Below, in pieces: positions 41,380 through 53,810 of a stretch of DNA of 64,000 nt. The translations under genes and the position numbers were made by a program. Positions within the stretch are counted from its first letter, which is position 1, and every line of letters starts with the position of its first letter. Source of the DNA: the human T2T-CHM13v2.0 reference genome, Homo sapiens; the NCBI RefSeq assembly GCF_009914755.1, contig NC_060927.1; one strand, given 5' to 3'. The notes under the pieces were generated by a model. It searched no databases. It was not told the origin of the DNA and saw nothing but the letters and a program-made list of their open reading frames with translations.

Positions 41380-42330
41380 GGTCAGATACGTGAGCAGTTA
41401 GAATAGGAGGCGAAAGTGCTGAGAGGTGTCCCAGGGGACACTGCAGAGGGTCCTCCCCGAGCCCAGGTGGAGGAAGGAGGTCAGGGAGGCTTCCTAGGGG
41501 AGGTGACCGCTGGGCTGTTTCAAAGGATGAGTAGAAGTGTATTAAGTAACCCAGGATGGGGTTATTGTTGGGGAGAGAGAATGAACTGTAGAAGGAGGAA
41601 GGAAAAATGTAGGTAGTTAGGTAGGTAGGTAGGTGGGTGGAAAGTGAATTGGACACTGTGCAATATGGGAGTTCAAAGGTTCTGAGTGGTAAGATAAGGA
41701 GCTGGAGAGGTCAGTAGGGGCAAAAGCATGTAGAGCCTTGTATGACTTTAACATGAAGGCAATAGGGAGCTGTCATGCCAAACCCCTATCAACTCCAGTG
41801 GGAGTGGCACCATGTTCATGAGATGAAAGAAAAGACCCAGACCTGGGGTTTTATTAGGGGCTTAACATCCAGGGGAGAGAGTCCAGTGGTAGCAGCCTGG
41901 ACAGGGGAGCTGCAACTGCTTGCAAAAGGCATGCAAGTTTATATAGCATTTTTACTTGGCACCCTTTCCCTAACACTTAAGCCAAAACAAAGGGCCTCGA
42001 TCCCCTGTACACCCTGTGTTCCACAAAAAGGAATAGGGGTTTAGATGTTCCTCATAGAGAAGGAACGAATCTCTGGGTTGGCCACTCTTGGGTTCCCTAG
42101 CTCACAACACACACTCAGGTGACTCAGCCATAAAGGGTCATTCTCATGGTATGCTTGTTATTGTTCTCAGGTGCATTTACCCTAAGGGAGCCATTGAGGG
42201 ATTGTAAGGTGCGGTGGTAGAGCGGGATGAGATATGGATTTTGGAGCCATCTCAGGCAGCTGTGTAGAGGATGGATTGCCTGGGTAGGAGGGGAGGGAGT
42301 GATGGGAATCTGTTAACATTAATAGATCCT
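41380..42330 (-). mobile_element. L2 remnant, split by LTR copy B; (GTAG)n at 41609-41640
   Basis: ggtcagggaggcttcc...aggcaatagggagc[LTR]cattgaggg. Confidence 0.7.
41771..42186 (-). mobile_element. Solo LTR copy B, LTR47-like
   Basis: tgtcatgccaaacccc...gcatttacc; TSD GGAGC at 41766-41770 and 42187-42191. Confidence 0.87.
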
Positions 42331-42388
42331 CTAGCACTTGTATCCCTCTACAAATACCTCATAATAACTGGATACCATTTTACCCCGG

Positions 42389-42835
42389 TGTATGGTAGGC
42401 AGTCACAGTCACACCTGACAGCAATAGCAATCACTGCCTCAGAATGACCCTTTATGGCAGACTCACCTGCATGTGTGTTCAGAGTTCTTAGCATGGCCAA
42501 CCTGGAGATCCGTTCCTCATCTATGAGGAACATCTGAGCCCCCGGCCTGTCCAGCAGAACACGGGCTGTGCAGGGGATTGAGGCCCTTTGTTTTGGGTTA
42601 AATGAAATTTGCGAGGTGGAGGTGTTAGGGGGAGGGTGCTAAGTGAGGGTGCTATATAAACTGCCTGCTTTTTGCAAGCAGTTGCAGTTTTCCTGCTCAG
42701 CCCACCACCACGGACCCTCCCTGTAAGGTTTCCCCTGATGAAACCCCAGATCTTGTTTATGGGCTCTGGGTCTCTTTCTTGGCCTCTGGAGCCTGGTGCC
42801 ATCCCTGTTGGAGTTAGTAGGGGTCTGACATGACA
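42389..42835 (+). mobile_element. Solo LTR copy C, LTR47-like
   Basis: tgtatggt...agaatgaccctttatggcagac...gctatataaactgc (TATA box)...catgaca. Confidence 0.87.
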
Positions 42836-42859
42836 CCAAGGCATAGCCTGGGCCATATA

Positions 42860-43020
42860 CAGAGGTCAGCCATTTATATGCATCATCCCTATGAGGTTGT
42901 CATCATCCCCATTTAATGGATGGACAATCCAAGTTAAAGAACTTGCCTGAGACTCACAGGGCTAGTGAGGTGACTGAGTGGACCCCAACTCAGCAAAGCC
43001 AGCACTCCTAAACTTTAAGC
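42860..43020 (-). mobile_element. MIR
   Basis: catccccatttaatggatg...gttaaagaacttgcc. Confidence 0.7.
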
Positions 43021-44648
43021 ATTTGTCCCTTCCCACTGCAGACTGCATAGTGTCCTAAGCGCTGCTAGCATCACTCAGGGCTCAGCTAATGTTTGCATTT
43101 TAATGAGGGCCTTCTCTTACCTTAAAGCAATGACTTTTCCTAATTGATCCAGATGTCTGATGCCCCAGTGGCACAATCTAAGGATATAAAACCGACTTGC
43201 CCCCAGTAAATCATTCTGACTTGCCCAGAAAATTCAAAGGCTTTTAGGCACATGTGTTCATCAGTTCTAAACTCAAGGCAGATCACCAGGACAAGATGGA
43301 AGGACTTGAGCTAGGTTACCACATCTCCTGGTCCTAAATCACAAGGGAGAGCAGCTTATTAGAGATGCAGATGCTCCAGGCCTGTTGAATTAGGACCTCT
43401 GGGTGTGGCATCTGGGAATCCACACCGCATAAGCGCCCCCTAATAACAGCTTAGAGCAGACAGCTGCTTCAGCTCCTGTGTCTTCAGGAGTGGGGGGGTC
43501 TCCTGAAATAATTGTTCCTTCCCCTTCCTTCTGCAGATCATCTTAAAGGATCCCGTGTGCACATGATTTTTGAAGCCCAACATCTCTCTTAACCACCTGC
43601 AAATCTGCAGGTCTTGGTACACAGCCTGTTTCCCATGACTGCTCCTGTCCAGCAGATCAAGTGACACGTGCAGGCCCAGGTAGAAGCAATGGGGGAGTGC
43701 AAAGCAGATGATCAAGAAGTGAGGGGTGGGGCGAAGGTAATTTGTAGCTGACAGGTAGGTGAGCCTTTCTCCTTTAGCCAAAATGGACTACAGCTTGAGT
43801 CTGGCCTAATTTCCTTACTCAAGTGCTTAAGGGCAAAAATCTGTGTCTGCAGGGCTCAAGGTTGCTCTCGCGTGGTAATTGCATGGTGGGATGCCCTAAT
43901 GAAGGGGTGATCAGCAAAGCCTCTGAGGATTGCTTAGGTTTTAGCAACCTGGTCGCAGAAGGATTTGCTTTGAAAACTAGAATAAGTTGCCTGCCTCAGC
44001 AGAAAAGACTTTTATGTAGCAAAGCTAACAAGGAAAACATTGTCTGCAACCGACCCACCAAATACCCAGCCATATGCCCCTGGTGACTTGCCTTTAAGAA
44101 ATGAGATGCTTTGATCCCCAGCCAATTCCTGCTGCTCTAAACTTGAATGGAGTTTTGCTGGCCAAGCTCTTCATTCAGGATTGTAATTTAGTACAGTGAG
44201 GATGAAACAGTTCCTTAGAACTCACTGAGATACTAAAGTCTCCAGAATAAGGGCAGAGGAGTGGCCTTTGTCCTAGAGATAGGCAATGACCTGCTCAGTC
44301 CTGTCCACTTACGTGCAGATCTGCCTAGACATCTCACAGTGCCAACCTGTTGCCTCTCCAACTGGCCACAGTCCACAACTTCCTTCTTTCTGGGAAAGGC
44401 CCAAGGAGTGGTTAATGGATCTTTTTCATCTTAAACCTGAAAAAGCGAATCAAATGTTCAAAGACCAAAACGTGTAATTACAAGTTTGATCTAAGGTAAG
44501 ACTCAAGCAAGAGAAACGACTCCCTGGAATAAGTATTGGGAGAGATTTCCTTGCAGAGCATTAGGGGAGGGCAGGTTCCCATGTTTGGGGTGGAATAATG
44601 ACTTTTTGTTATTTTTAAGGATCTTAAAATATTTTATTAACCTCATAG

Positions 44649-45149
44649 TGTCAGGCCTCTGTGCCCAAGCCAAGCCATCGCATCCCCTGTGACTTGCATG
44701 TATACGCCCAGATGGCCTGAAGTAACTGAAGAATCACAAAAGAAGTGAATATGCACTGCCCCGCCTTAACTGATGACATTCCACCACAAAAGAAGTGTAA
44801 ATGGCCGGTCCTTGCCTTAACTGATGATATTCCACCACAAAAGAAGTGAAAATGGCCAGTCCTTGCTTTAAGTGATGACATTACCTTGTGAAAGTCCTTT
44901 TCCTGGCTCATCCTGGCTCAAAAGCTCCCCCACTGAGCACCTTGCGACCCCCACTCTGCCCGCCAGAGAACAACTCCCCTTTGACTGTCATTTTCCTTTA
45001 TCTATCCAAATCCTATAAAACGGCCCCACCCTTATCTCCCTTCGCTGACTCCCTTTTCGGACTCAGCCCGCCTGCACCCAGGTGATTAAAAGCTTTTATT
45101 GCTCACACAAAGCCTGTTTGGTGGTCTCTTCACACAGACGCGCATGAAA
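44649..45149 (+). mobile_element. HERV-H LTR7 solo LTR
   Basis: tgtcaggcctctg...gacgcgcatgaaa; TSD CATAG at 44644-44648 and 45150-45154; TATAAAA 45014-45020; ATTAAA 45085-45090. Confidence 0.97.
44763..44882 (+). repeat. 51-bp tandem unit (~2.3 copies) in LTR7 U3
   Basis: gccttaactgatga...ccaccacaaaagaagtg...tccttg units start at 44763, 44814 and 44865. Confidence 0.92.
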
Positions 45150-45819
45150 CATAGTGCCTGACCTCTGTCACCAAGTGAGTAGTCTGTGTTTTGATTCCCA
45201 AGCCTAATTCAAACAGGTAAACTTACTAAAATTACATTTGGTCATCACTACAGTGTTTTCTCTAACCACTTCCCAAATTCGCCCTTTTTATTAGTCATAC
45301 AGTAACCTGTATAATACATAGCTTATGACTTGTCTTTTTGGTCCTATGAGTGGCCATACCTGTCCCCGAGGAAGGAAGATACATAGTTAGGTGGAATGTT
45401 TGGTTCAGTGTCCACCTGATTGTTCAGCCTATGGATAGATCGAGGCCTAAGTGTTCCAGCCACTTCCTAAATGGTCTAGGGCAGTTCCCATGGCAACACC
45501 ACCTCATTGACATAACCGGGTTCTCATTTACCAGCCTACAATCCAGGTGAGCTTTCCTGCCACCAGGTGGAGACTGACTCAAATCTATAAACTGGGATAT
45601 TCTCTGCATATCCAAGAGGCAGATCATTTGAGAGGGAAAAAGCACACAAAGATAGGCTAGTGATTCCCAAACATGACTGCTCAGAGGTACCAAAGGGGCA
45701 CTTGAAATATACAGATGGCTGCCTGTAGATGACATTAAAATTATTGTCTTGCTGAATGTGATCATTGCATTTGTGATGCAGAGTGATTTGCTTTAGAATA
45801 TTCAGGCACGAATAAAAAG

Positions 45820-46262
45820 AGGGTTAGTCCCCATGGAAAATAATGTCATATGCAAATTAGGTAATTAGAGAGCATTTGCTGTTTCTAAAGATGTGGGCAG
45901 GGCTTAGGGAAATCAAAAAAGGGTGAAATAAGCAACACTAGGGAAACCACAATTCTTAGACCTGAAGTGTCAAGGGGCGGGAATCGTTAAGACGCTATGG
46001 ACAGATGCAGGCTGCCAGGGAAGGCTGGCTGCCTTCAGCTGTGCCCTGGGGTGGAGGGACATAGCCATTGCCAACGCCCAAGGAAGGGGGAGCCAGAGAA
46101 ATGCATGGCCCAACCTTGCTCTCCTCCTAATTTCCAGTCCCTGCTGGAGACAAAAGGCAAGGGAACCTGGTGAAAACAGTTGTTGAGTTCATCCTTCCTG
46201 AGGCTCAGAGCAGGGTATAGTGGACCTGCTCTGGGGGTGGCGAATGAAGAACAGCCTGCATA
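45820..46262 (-). mobile_element. LTR33-like ERVL LTR
   Basis: caaattaggtaatt...aaagatgtgggcagggcttagggaaatc...agacctgaag. Confidence 0.7.
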
Positions 46263-46659
46263 GGATAGATCAAACAAATACAACAAAGCCTTGGTGACTA
46301 TTGAAGCTGGCCAACGTATACTTAACGGGGCCATTGCCTTTCTTAGTATTGAGTCTATTTGTACTTTTTCATCATTAAGTTAAAAGCAATGCAGATTCCC
46401 AGGCCTGACTCCAGAACTAGCCAATCTGAATCTTTATGACATGGAGCCCAAGAATCTGGGTTTTTTAAAAAAGATCCTCAGGTTTTAGCCTCTCATCTAA
46501 TCCAAGTTTTTTTCTTAACAGCAAACTCTGTAAAAAGAAAAATTGAGTCCCTGTAGAAGTGACTTGTTCGAAAATCACAGAGTCAGCGGTAGAGATTGGA
46601 CAGAATGGAAGAAACCAGTCCCAGAAGAGTTCTTAGTAACAACGTCAGAGGCAGCAAGA

Positions 46660-46930
46660 ATACTATGGCTATTATAGCCACGTTCTGAGCGCTCACTGTA
46701 AAGAGTTTAAAACAAGGCCCAGTGCATAAAACTACTCAACAAATCATAGCTGTTATTCCTACAAGTTGTTTTAAGTCTGGACAAATTTCTGAGGTCGCTA
46801 TTTCCTTTTTTCTTCCGTTTCAAACAGATGAAGAAACTGAAATCTAGATAAGCTAAGCCCCTTCCTGGGTGTCACTCTAGTTACTAGGTTTTGGACACAA
46901 GCCTGTACAATTCCAAAGCCCGAGCTGTTA
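46660..46930 (-). mobile_element. MIR
   Basis: acagatgaagaaactgaaatctaga. Confidence 0.65.
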
Positions 46931-47241
46931 ATGTGGTTTGTAGGAGAACACACTCTCTTCTGAAGTCTAGACTATGTTGGTAGCACCATCTTCACTTTGC
47001 TTCTCCAAGTCCCTCTTTGGGCTTGTGGGTCTGTAGTATTATTGCATCACGCATCACTTTTCCTACACAATTGGAGCAGCAGTGAGACTTTTCTAAGTTC
47101 CTCGAGGGCAGGGACTGAGCCTTCATAGAGCTAGCCAGCCTCAGCATCCTGCAGTGCCTTGCACCCAGTAAACACCTAAGGGACGTTTTTTTGTTGACTA
47201 AATGAAACAAAGTAAAGTCAACCCTTAAACATGCACAGTAG

Positions 47242-47388
47242 GGCCAGGCATAAAGGCTAATGCCTGTAATCCCAGCACTCTGGGGAGCTGAGGTGGGAGC
47301 ATTGCTTGAGGCCAGGAGTTTGAAACCAACCTGGGCAGCAGCATAGCAAGATCCCATATCTCCAAAAAATAAAAGTATAATTAAAAAA
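47242..47388 (+). mobile_element. FLAM-like Alu left monomer
   Basis: Single left arm plus A-rich tail. Confidence 0.85.
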
Positions 47389-47659
47389 GAATAGCAATCC
47401 ACCCATTTGCCATGCTTCCATTTTGTACCTTGGTAATCAAAGCTAATAGATAGTCAAAGTCCTTGTCAGGCCTGGTAAATTATCAAAGTTCTTGTTAGGC
47501 CTCGAAACAATTTTGAAATCCTCAACTGAGGATGTCATTCAGCCACAATTTATGAGTTGGACTGGGCTTGTGAGATAAATTTTATCGTGCTGCCTCTTTG
47601 TAGCAGGCTTTTTAAAAGTTGTTACCCTTCATCCAAGAATGTTATTGTTTGTTGAAAAT

Positions 47660-47860
47660 AAGATCACAGATCTCAGATTCAGAAGAACCTAATCCAGGCC
47701 CTATGTGTAAATGTTGGCTGAGTGCCTTTGAACAAATTTCCTACCTTCTCTGAGTTTGAAGCCCTTGGCTGTAGATTGGGAATGCCAACATCCATTCATC
47801 ATGGTTCTTACAAGAATTAAAGGAGAAAGCATTTGCAACAATACCTGATACAATCCGAAG
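47660..47860 (+). mobile_element. MIR
   Basis: gcctttgaacaaatttcctaccttctctgag. Confidence 0.65.
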
Positions 47861-48077
47861 CATCATATAAATATATGTTTGTTATCAAAAACAATAATGC
47901 CACTGGCCTTATGGGAGTAGATGCTAGTTATTCTCTGTGATACTAACTTTATAAATGTAGTGGTGGCATCCTGGGTAGCCCTAAGTCTTTCTTATTAACC
48001 TCTTGTTGATTTATCATCCATAAAGGTAGGAAAATGTTCTCTGAGCCTATTTATTTTATACTTTCTATGATCCATTT

Positions 48078-48735
48078 GCCCCGTCCGGGAGGGAGGTGGG
48101 GGGATCAGCCCCCCGCCCGGCCAGCCGCCCGGTCCGGGAGGTGAGGGGCGCCTCTGCCCGGCCGCCCCTACTGGGAAGTGAGGAGCCCCTCTGCCCGGCC
48201 ACCACCCCGTCTGGGAGGTGTACCCAACAGCTCATTGAGAACAGGCCATGATGACAATGGCGTTTTTGTGGAATAGAAAGGGGGGAAAGGCGGGGAAAGG
48301 ATTGAGAAATCGGATGGTTGCCATGTCTGTGTAGAAAGAGGTAGACACGGGAGACTTTTCATTTTGTTCTGTACTAAGAAAAATTCTTCTGCCTTGTGAT
48401 CCTGTTGATCGGTGACCCTACCCGCAACCCTGTGCTCTCTGAAACATGTGCTGTGTCCACTCAGGGTTAAATGGATTAAGGGTGGTGCAAGATGTGCTTT
48501 GTTAAACAGATGCTTGAAGGCAGCATGCTCCTTAAGAGTCATCACCACTCCCTAATCTCAAGTACCCAGGGACACAAACACTGCGGAAGGCCGCAGGGTC
48601 CTCTGCATAGGAAAACCAGAGACCTTTGTTCACTTGTTTATCTGCTGACCCTCCCTCCACTATTGTCCTATGACCCTGCCAAATCCCCCTCTGTGAGAAA
48701 CACCCAAGAATGATTAAAAAAAAAAAAAAAAAAAA
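48078..48735 (+). mobile_element. SVA (D-like), 5'-truncated: end of VNTR, SINE-R and poly(A)
   Basis: gccccgtccgggagggaggtgggggg VNTR; cccaacagctcattgagaac...gagaaacacccaagaatga + A20. Confidence 0.97.
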
Positions 48736-48861
48736 GAAATATGAGGTCCATAAGTTTACTGTCTTTTGCATGAAGTAGATTCTCCTTTTATCTGCTAAAA
48801 CAATCCCCTAGTTAGAGCAAATTCTCCTGCTGTTTCAGAACTTCTTGCTTATATATGGTAA

Positions 48862-49511
48862 CTACAATCCTTTATCTAAAACTCTTGGCCAGGCTGGGCA
48901 CAGTGGCTCACACCTGTAATCCCAGCACTTTGGGAGGCTGGGACGGGCGGATCACCTGAGGTCAGGGGTTCGAGACCAGGCTGGCCAACATGGTGAAACC
49001 TTCTCTCTACTAAAAATACAAAAATGAGCCGGGTGTGGTGGCGGGCACCTGTAGTCCCAGCTTCTCAGTAGGCTGAGGCAGGAGAATTGCTTGAACCCGG
49101 GAGGCGGAGGTTGCAGCGAGCCGAGATTTCGCCACTGCACTCTAGCCCGGGCAACAGAGTGAGAGTTCATCTCAAAAAACAAACAAACAAACAAACAAAC
49201 AAACAAAAACACTCGGGCCAGATGTGTTATGAAATTTAGGATTTTTTGAATGTTAGAAAGGCAATACTCTATGTATGCCATTTATTATTTAACACCGATC
49301 ATTGAACTCATTAATCCTTCTACACAGGAAAACATTAATATTCACATTAAGTGGACTAAATAGATTAAGTTACATTATGCCAGACAGAGTCGGGGTGAAT
49401 GAGTTTAGTTTAGGCTCAGGTTTGGTCATCAAATGAATCACCAAAAAAAAAAAAAAAAAAATTTGTTTTCAGAGCTTTCTGGATTTCAGAATTTCAGATA
49501 AGGGAATGTAG
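48862..49511. mobile_element. Tigger-type DNA transposon, split by an Alu
   Basis: Terminal inverted repeats ctacaatcctttatct / agataagggaatgtag (14/16 match). Confidence 0.7.
48892..49209 (+). mobile_element. AluSx-like with (CAAA)n tail
   Basis: Full dimer; TSD approximately actc(t/g)(t/g)ggcca. Confidence 0.95.
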
Positions 49512-49639
49512 GTCTCGGCTTCTGTATTTCACAGGGAGGAGTAGTCCGAGTAGGTGTCTGCCAACAAGGATAAAATTAGCCAGGATCCCAACAGGCAGAA
49601 GTTCAAGTGCACAAAAAGCAACCTCCTCTTTTCAGTAAC

Positions 49640-50430
49640 TATGCATTCCTTCCTCCTCTGCATTCCTGCATGCTGCTGCCAGTGCTGATGTGCTAGAACA
49701 TAGCTTGCATCATGTCACTCCCTGACTCAACACCCTTCCATGGCTCGCTAACATTCAGCCCCTTAGCCTGACACACAAGACCTTTAGTGATCTAACCTCT
49801 GACTGACTGACTTTAAGTCTCATCTCTTGGTCTTCCTCCAGAAATCACCTGTTATTGGCAGATCCTCGACACTGGACACTTGCAGCGCTTGGGCCAGCTC
49901 TGCCTGGCATGTTCTTGTCCTCCCCTTCATCTTGCTGAAATTGCATTCAACTACCAACAGGTGGCTCTGAGGTTAACCCTTTGCTGACACCCACACTTCC
50001 CTGCACACAGCTGGGCATATGGTTCTGTGAGCTCTAATCCAGAAGGCAGCTGCTCTCCCCCAAACCAGGCTCCACCAGCGAGCGGACGCTATAACTCTGT
50101 ATCACCAGTACCCTGCACCATGCACATTGTAGGTGCTCAAAACACACAGAGATGATCAGACTACCTGCTAAAGGGTATTATCTCCTACTTAATACTCCTT
50201 AGCAGCTTCCAGTGCACTTAGAATAAAGCCCCACATCTTAACAAGGCCCGGGTTCATCAGGTCTCTGCCTACCTTGCCCTGTTTTATCTCTCAGTACCTC
50301 ATCTTCCCATCCGTGGTCCAGCTACATTAGCCTGTTTAGTTTATGGGGAGACCTACGTCCCTCCCCCTTTCACATGGTTAGCCCCTCCTCATCCTATATC
50401 TTTCAACATAGGCATCACTCCCTGGGAGAA
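49640..50430 (+). mobile_element. L2 fragments
   Basis: tcatgtcactccctgactcaacacccttccatggct; cacttagaataaagcc. Confidence 0.65.
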
Positions 50431-50448
50431 TGGCGTTCCTTTGTTTCA

Positions 50449-50910
50449 TGTGATAGAGGGATCCGACTCCCCACACAATATCCTTTCTGCCTTTTGTCCT
50501 TGGTTTTAGAATCATGATTTTATTTTAGGGTGACATGAGCCCAGTTAAAGTCTATTATTTCCAGCCTCTCTTGCAGATAGGTGGCCATGTAACAGGGTTC
50601 TGATGAGGACATGTAAGTGGAATTTGATTGGTTAATACTCACAGGAAAGCTCTTTAAAGGGGTATAGCGTTTTGTTCTTCAGCCTTCCTGGAATATGAAC
50701 CTGATGCCTGGAGCTCCTGTGGCCATCTAGCACCATGAGATATGCTAAAAATTATGGGCCAGAGGACCGAAGGGGCCTGAGTTCCTGATGACTGTAGAGT
50801 CGCTGTACCAGCCATCTCTGAATTTTATTTATGAGAGAGAAAAACTGCTAATATTTAAACCACTGTGATTCTTAAAAATGGAAAAAAATCCTGCAAATCT
50901 AATCCTACCA
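50449..50910 (+). mobile_element. MLT1J-like LTR
   Basis: tttccagcctctcttgcagataggtggccatgt...tgagttcctgatgac...tatgagagagaaaaact. Confidence 0.75.
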
Positions 50911-51149
50911 TTATGTTATTATCTGAATTTGTAATTAAACATTTATTTGAAGGATTATTTGGTTACTGTCTCTCTCCCAGTAGACAGATTGTTAATAGCC
51001 TGGAGGATAGGCGCAATATGGATTTTTGCTTACACTGCGACATGGCCAGTGTGTAGTAGCTACTGACCAATGAAACAAATGTCATCTTATTTTATATCAG
51101 CTCTGGAAGCTTGCCACCAGGTCCTTCTGTTTAGATCTCCAAGCTTGCA

Positions 51150-51502
51150 TGTATTAGTCTGTTCTCATGCTGCTAATAAAGCCATACCTGAGTCTGGGTA
51201 ATTTCTAAAGGAAAGAGATTTAATTGACTCACAGTTCCACATGGCTGGGGAGGCCTCACAATCATAGCGGAAAGCAAAGGGGAAGCAGGACGTGTCTTAC
51301 ATGGCAGCAGGCAAAAGAGTTTGTGTAGGGGAACTCTCATGTATAAAACCATCAGATCTTGTGAAACTTATTCACGACCATGGGAACAGCATGAAGGAAC
51401 CACCCGGTGATTCAATTATCTTCACCTGGCCCCACCCTTGACATGTGGGGAGTATTACAATTCAAGGTGAGATTTGGGAGAGGATAGAGCCAAACTATAT
51501 CA
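51150..51502 (-). mobile_element. THE1B/C solo LTR
   Basis: tgtattagtctgttctcatgctgc...ccaaactatatca; perfect TSD TTGCA. Confidence 0.95.
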
Positions 51503-51953
51503 TTGCAGTTTGCACTGCATATAGAAATGATGACTCTCAGACACTTGAGGTAAGAAAAAGAATTCCTACAAATAAAGATTCTTCCGTGCATCTCTCTTCT
51601 TTCCCTAGTGTCTGCTGCTCAGGAAAGTTCCAGCTGGCACAGTTCCATCTCTCTTTTATCATGCTCCTCTTGTGCCATTATTCTCTCGTTCTTTCTGATC
51701 TAACGAGTCTGAACTGCTTATCCTGTAACGTACCATGCTTTTCCCTTTCTCCCGGTCTGTGCATGTGCTGTTCCTTCCTGGAACTCATTTTACCTCTCTA
51801 GTGCCTAGTCATCCACAGGTCTCCGTTTGATGGCGCCTCCTCCAGGAAGCCTTTCCAGTCCCTGTAAGCCCAGGCCCTTCCCTACAGTGCTCCCGGGCCT
51901 CCCCACTCTCCATTACAGCATTTACAACACTGTATTATGTCCTCTATCCTCTG

Positions 51954-52397
51954 TATTGTGAGTTGAATTGTATTCTCCAACAAGATACGTTGAAGTCCTA
52001 ACCCCCGAACCTGTAAATGTGATCTTACCTGGAAATAGGGTCTTTGTAGATGTAATCAAGTTATGATGAGGTCATTAGGGTGGGCCCTGATCCGATACAA
52101 AGTGTGTCCTTTTGAGAAGAGGAAAATCTGCATATAGACAGACACGGAGGGAAAACGCCGTGTAAAGACGGAGGCAGAGATTGGAGTGACGCATCTAGGA
52201 ATCAAGGCATATCAAGGACTGCTGGTTCCTACCAGAAACTAGGAAAATGCACAGAGCACATTCTCCTCCAGAGGGAATGAACCTGCCAATGCCGTGATTT
52301 TGGACTTGTAGCTATTAGTGTGAGAGAATAAATTTCTATTGTTTTAAGCCACCCAATTTGTGGTACTGTGTTATGGCAGCCCGAGTAAATGAATGCA
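51954..52397 (+). mobile_element. MLT1B/C solo LTR
   Basis: gttgaagtcctaacccc...aataaatttctattgttttaagccaccc. Confidence 0.92.
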
Positions 52398-52872
52398 CCC
52401 TATAAGGCTAAAAACTGCAGGGATGGCGATGAGGCTGCTCTTGTCATGGGAAGCCCTGTATCCATCTCTTCTCATTTCTAAGCATCCGATCTTGGCCATG
52501 ATTATCAGCATCACTGATGGTTTTGCCTGGGTACCATGTAGGCCTTTGACCTATTATTGCCATCTCTAGGTGACCTCATGAGAGACACTTTTCCACTGGG
52601 GCCCCTGAGTGTCTTTGTCCTCCCAGCTGTTCCTCCCACCCACTCCACAGCACAAGACCTAAACCTCTGACTGCATCTCCCCACTCCTCTTGGTAAGATC
52701 CATACTGTTGAAACAGCGACCGCTAAACCACCAGGACAATTCCTTTTTCTTCTAGAATCCTCCTTGACTCTTCCAGAAACTTAAACATTGGCTGACTATT
52801 CCTGCCAAAGCCCCATAAAACCATCAGCATGTGCTCCTGGCATCTCTTCGGAGCCTTCTTAAGAGTACACAG

Positions 52873-53337
52873 TATTGTGGTTTGAATTGTGTCCCCCAAA
52901 AACCTATGTTCAAGTCCCAACCCTGGTACCTGTGAACATGCTCTAATTTGGAATTAGGGTCTTTGCAGATGCAATCAACTTATGATGAATTTATAATGAA
53001 TTAGGGTGAGTCCTTAATCCAACATGATTGGAGTCTTCATGAGAGGAGCAGAGGAACCGAGACAGACACACAGATGAGGAGGCGGCCATGTGAAAACACG
53101 GATGCCCAGGAGGAAGAGAAACATGTGATCACAGAGGCAGCTATGGGAGTCATGCAGCTACGAACCAAGAAACACCACCAATTATAGCAACCAGGAGCTA
53201 GGAAGAGAGGAAGTGGCCCTGCTGACCCCTTGATTTTAGACTCCTAGTCTCCAGCCTTGAGAGAGAATACATTTCTGTTCCTTTAGGCCACTCAATTTGT
53301 GAGACTTTGTTATGGCAGTCCTATGAGACTGAATATA
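52873..53337 (+). mobile_element. MLT1B/C solo LTR
   Basis: tgaattgtgtccccc...tagggtctttgcagatg...ttgttatggcag. Confidence 0.9.
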
Positions 53338-53810
53338 CAAATAGACCATGGCCAGACAATATATAAAGCCGACCTCTGATCCACAACCTGAAGCAACCAG
53401 CCCAGGAAGCCAATCTACTGCCTACAGCAACTAGTCCAGAAAGTTAGCCTCCTGTCTGTAGTAACCAGCCCAGGATGCCACACAACAACCGCTGTAGCAA
53501 TCAGCCCCAAGTGGCCAGGATATCATCAGTAACTGACAGCTTCCCCAACTTGTGTCCCCATGTTCAACTTAGGCCCAATCAGAGGAAGCCAAAGATGCAC
53601 GCTAGCCCATCACATAGGATTGCCCCACTTCTCGTTAGCCCACCTCCCATGCCAACAACCTGAATCAGGGCTGAAATCTTCTCCTTCTTCCCTTTACAAA
53701 GCTTTCTGGCTCCTCTGCCTGCTTTTGCGTCTCTGTCAAACACACATGATGGTGGCTGACTCCCTTCCTGTAGCAAGCTCGGGTTGGTCTCATTTGGGTG
53801 GAAGGCAACT
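53338..53810 (+). mobile_element. ERVL-type LTR (MER74/MER54-like) with internal gcaaccagcccagga repeats
   Basis: ctctgatccacaacctgaagcaaccagcccaggaagcca...taactgacagcttcccc. Confidence 0.6.

Noticed and set aside
39584-42186. LTR copies A and B as the two ends of one provirus
   Set aside because: Each has its own TSD, and the interior is L2, MER5 and unique DNA with no recognisable retroviral internal sequence.
44763-44882. CRISPR-like array
   Set aside because: Tandem LTR U3 units without unique spacers, in a primate genome.
44649-46000. Full HERV-H provirus
   Set aside because: The LTR is followed directly by its TSD with no primer-binding site, so it is a solo LTR.
48168-48771. ORFs MVMTLKEHAAFKHLFNKAHLAPP... 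and neighbours
   Set aside because: Typical SVA SINE-R translations, not host genes.
51954-53337. Two same-strand MLT1 LTRs as a full MaLR element
   Set aside because: The 475-bp spacer is not recognisably MaLR internal sequence and the LTRs differ substantially.
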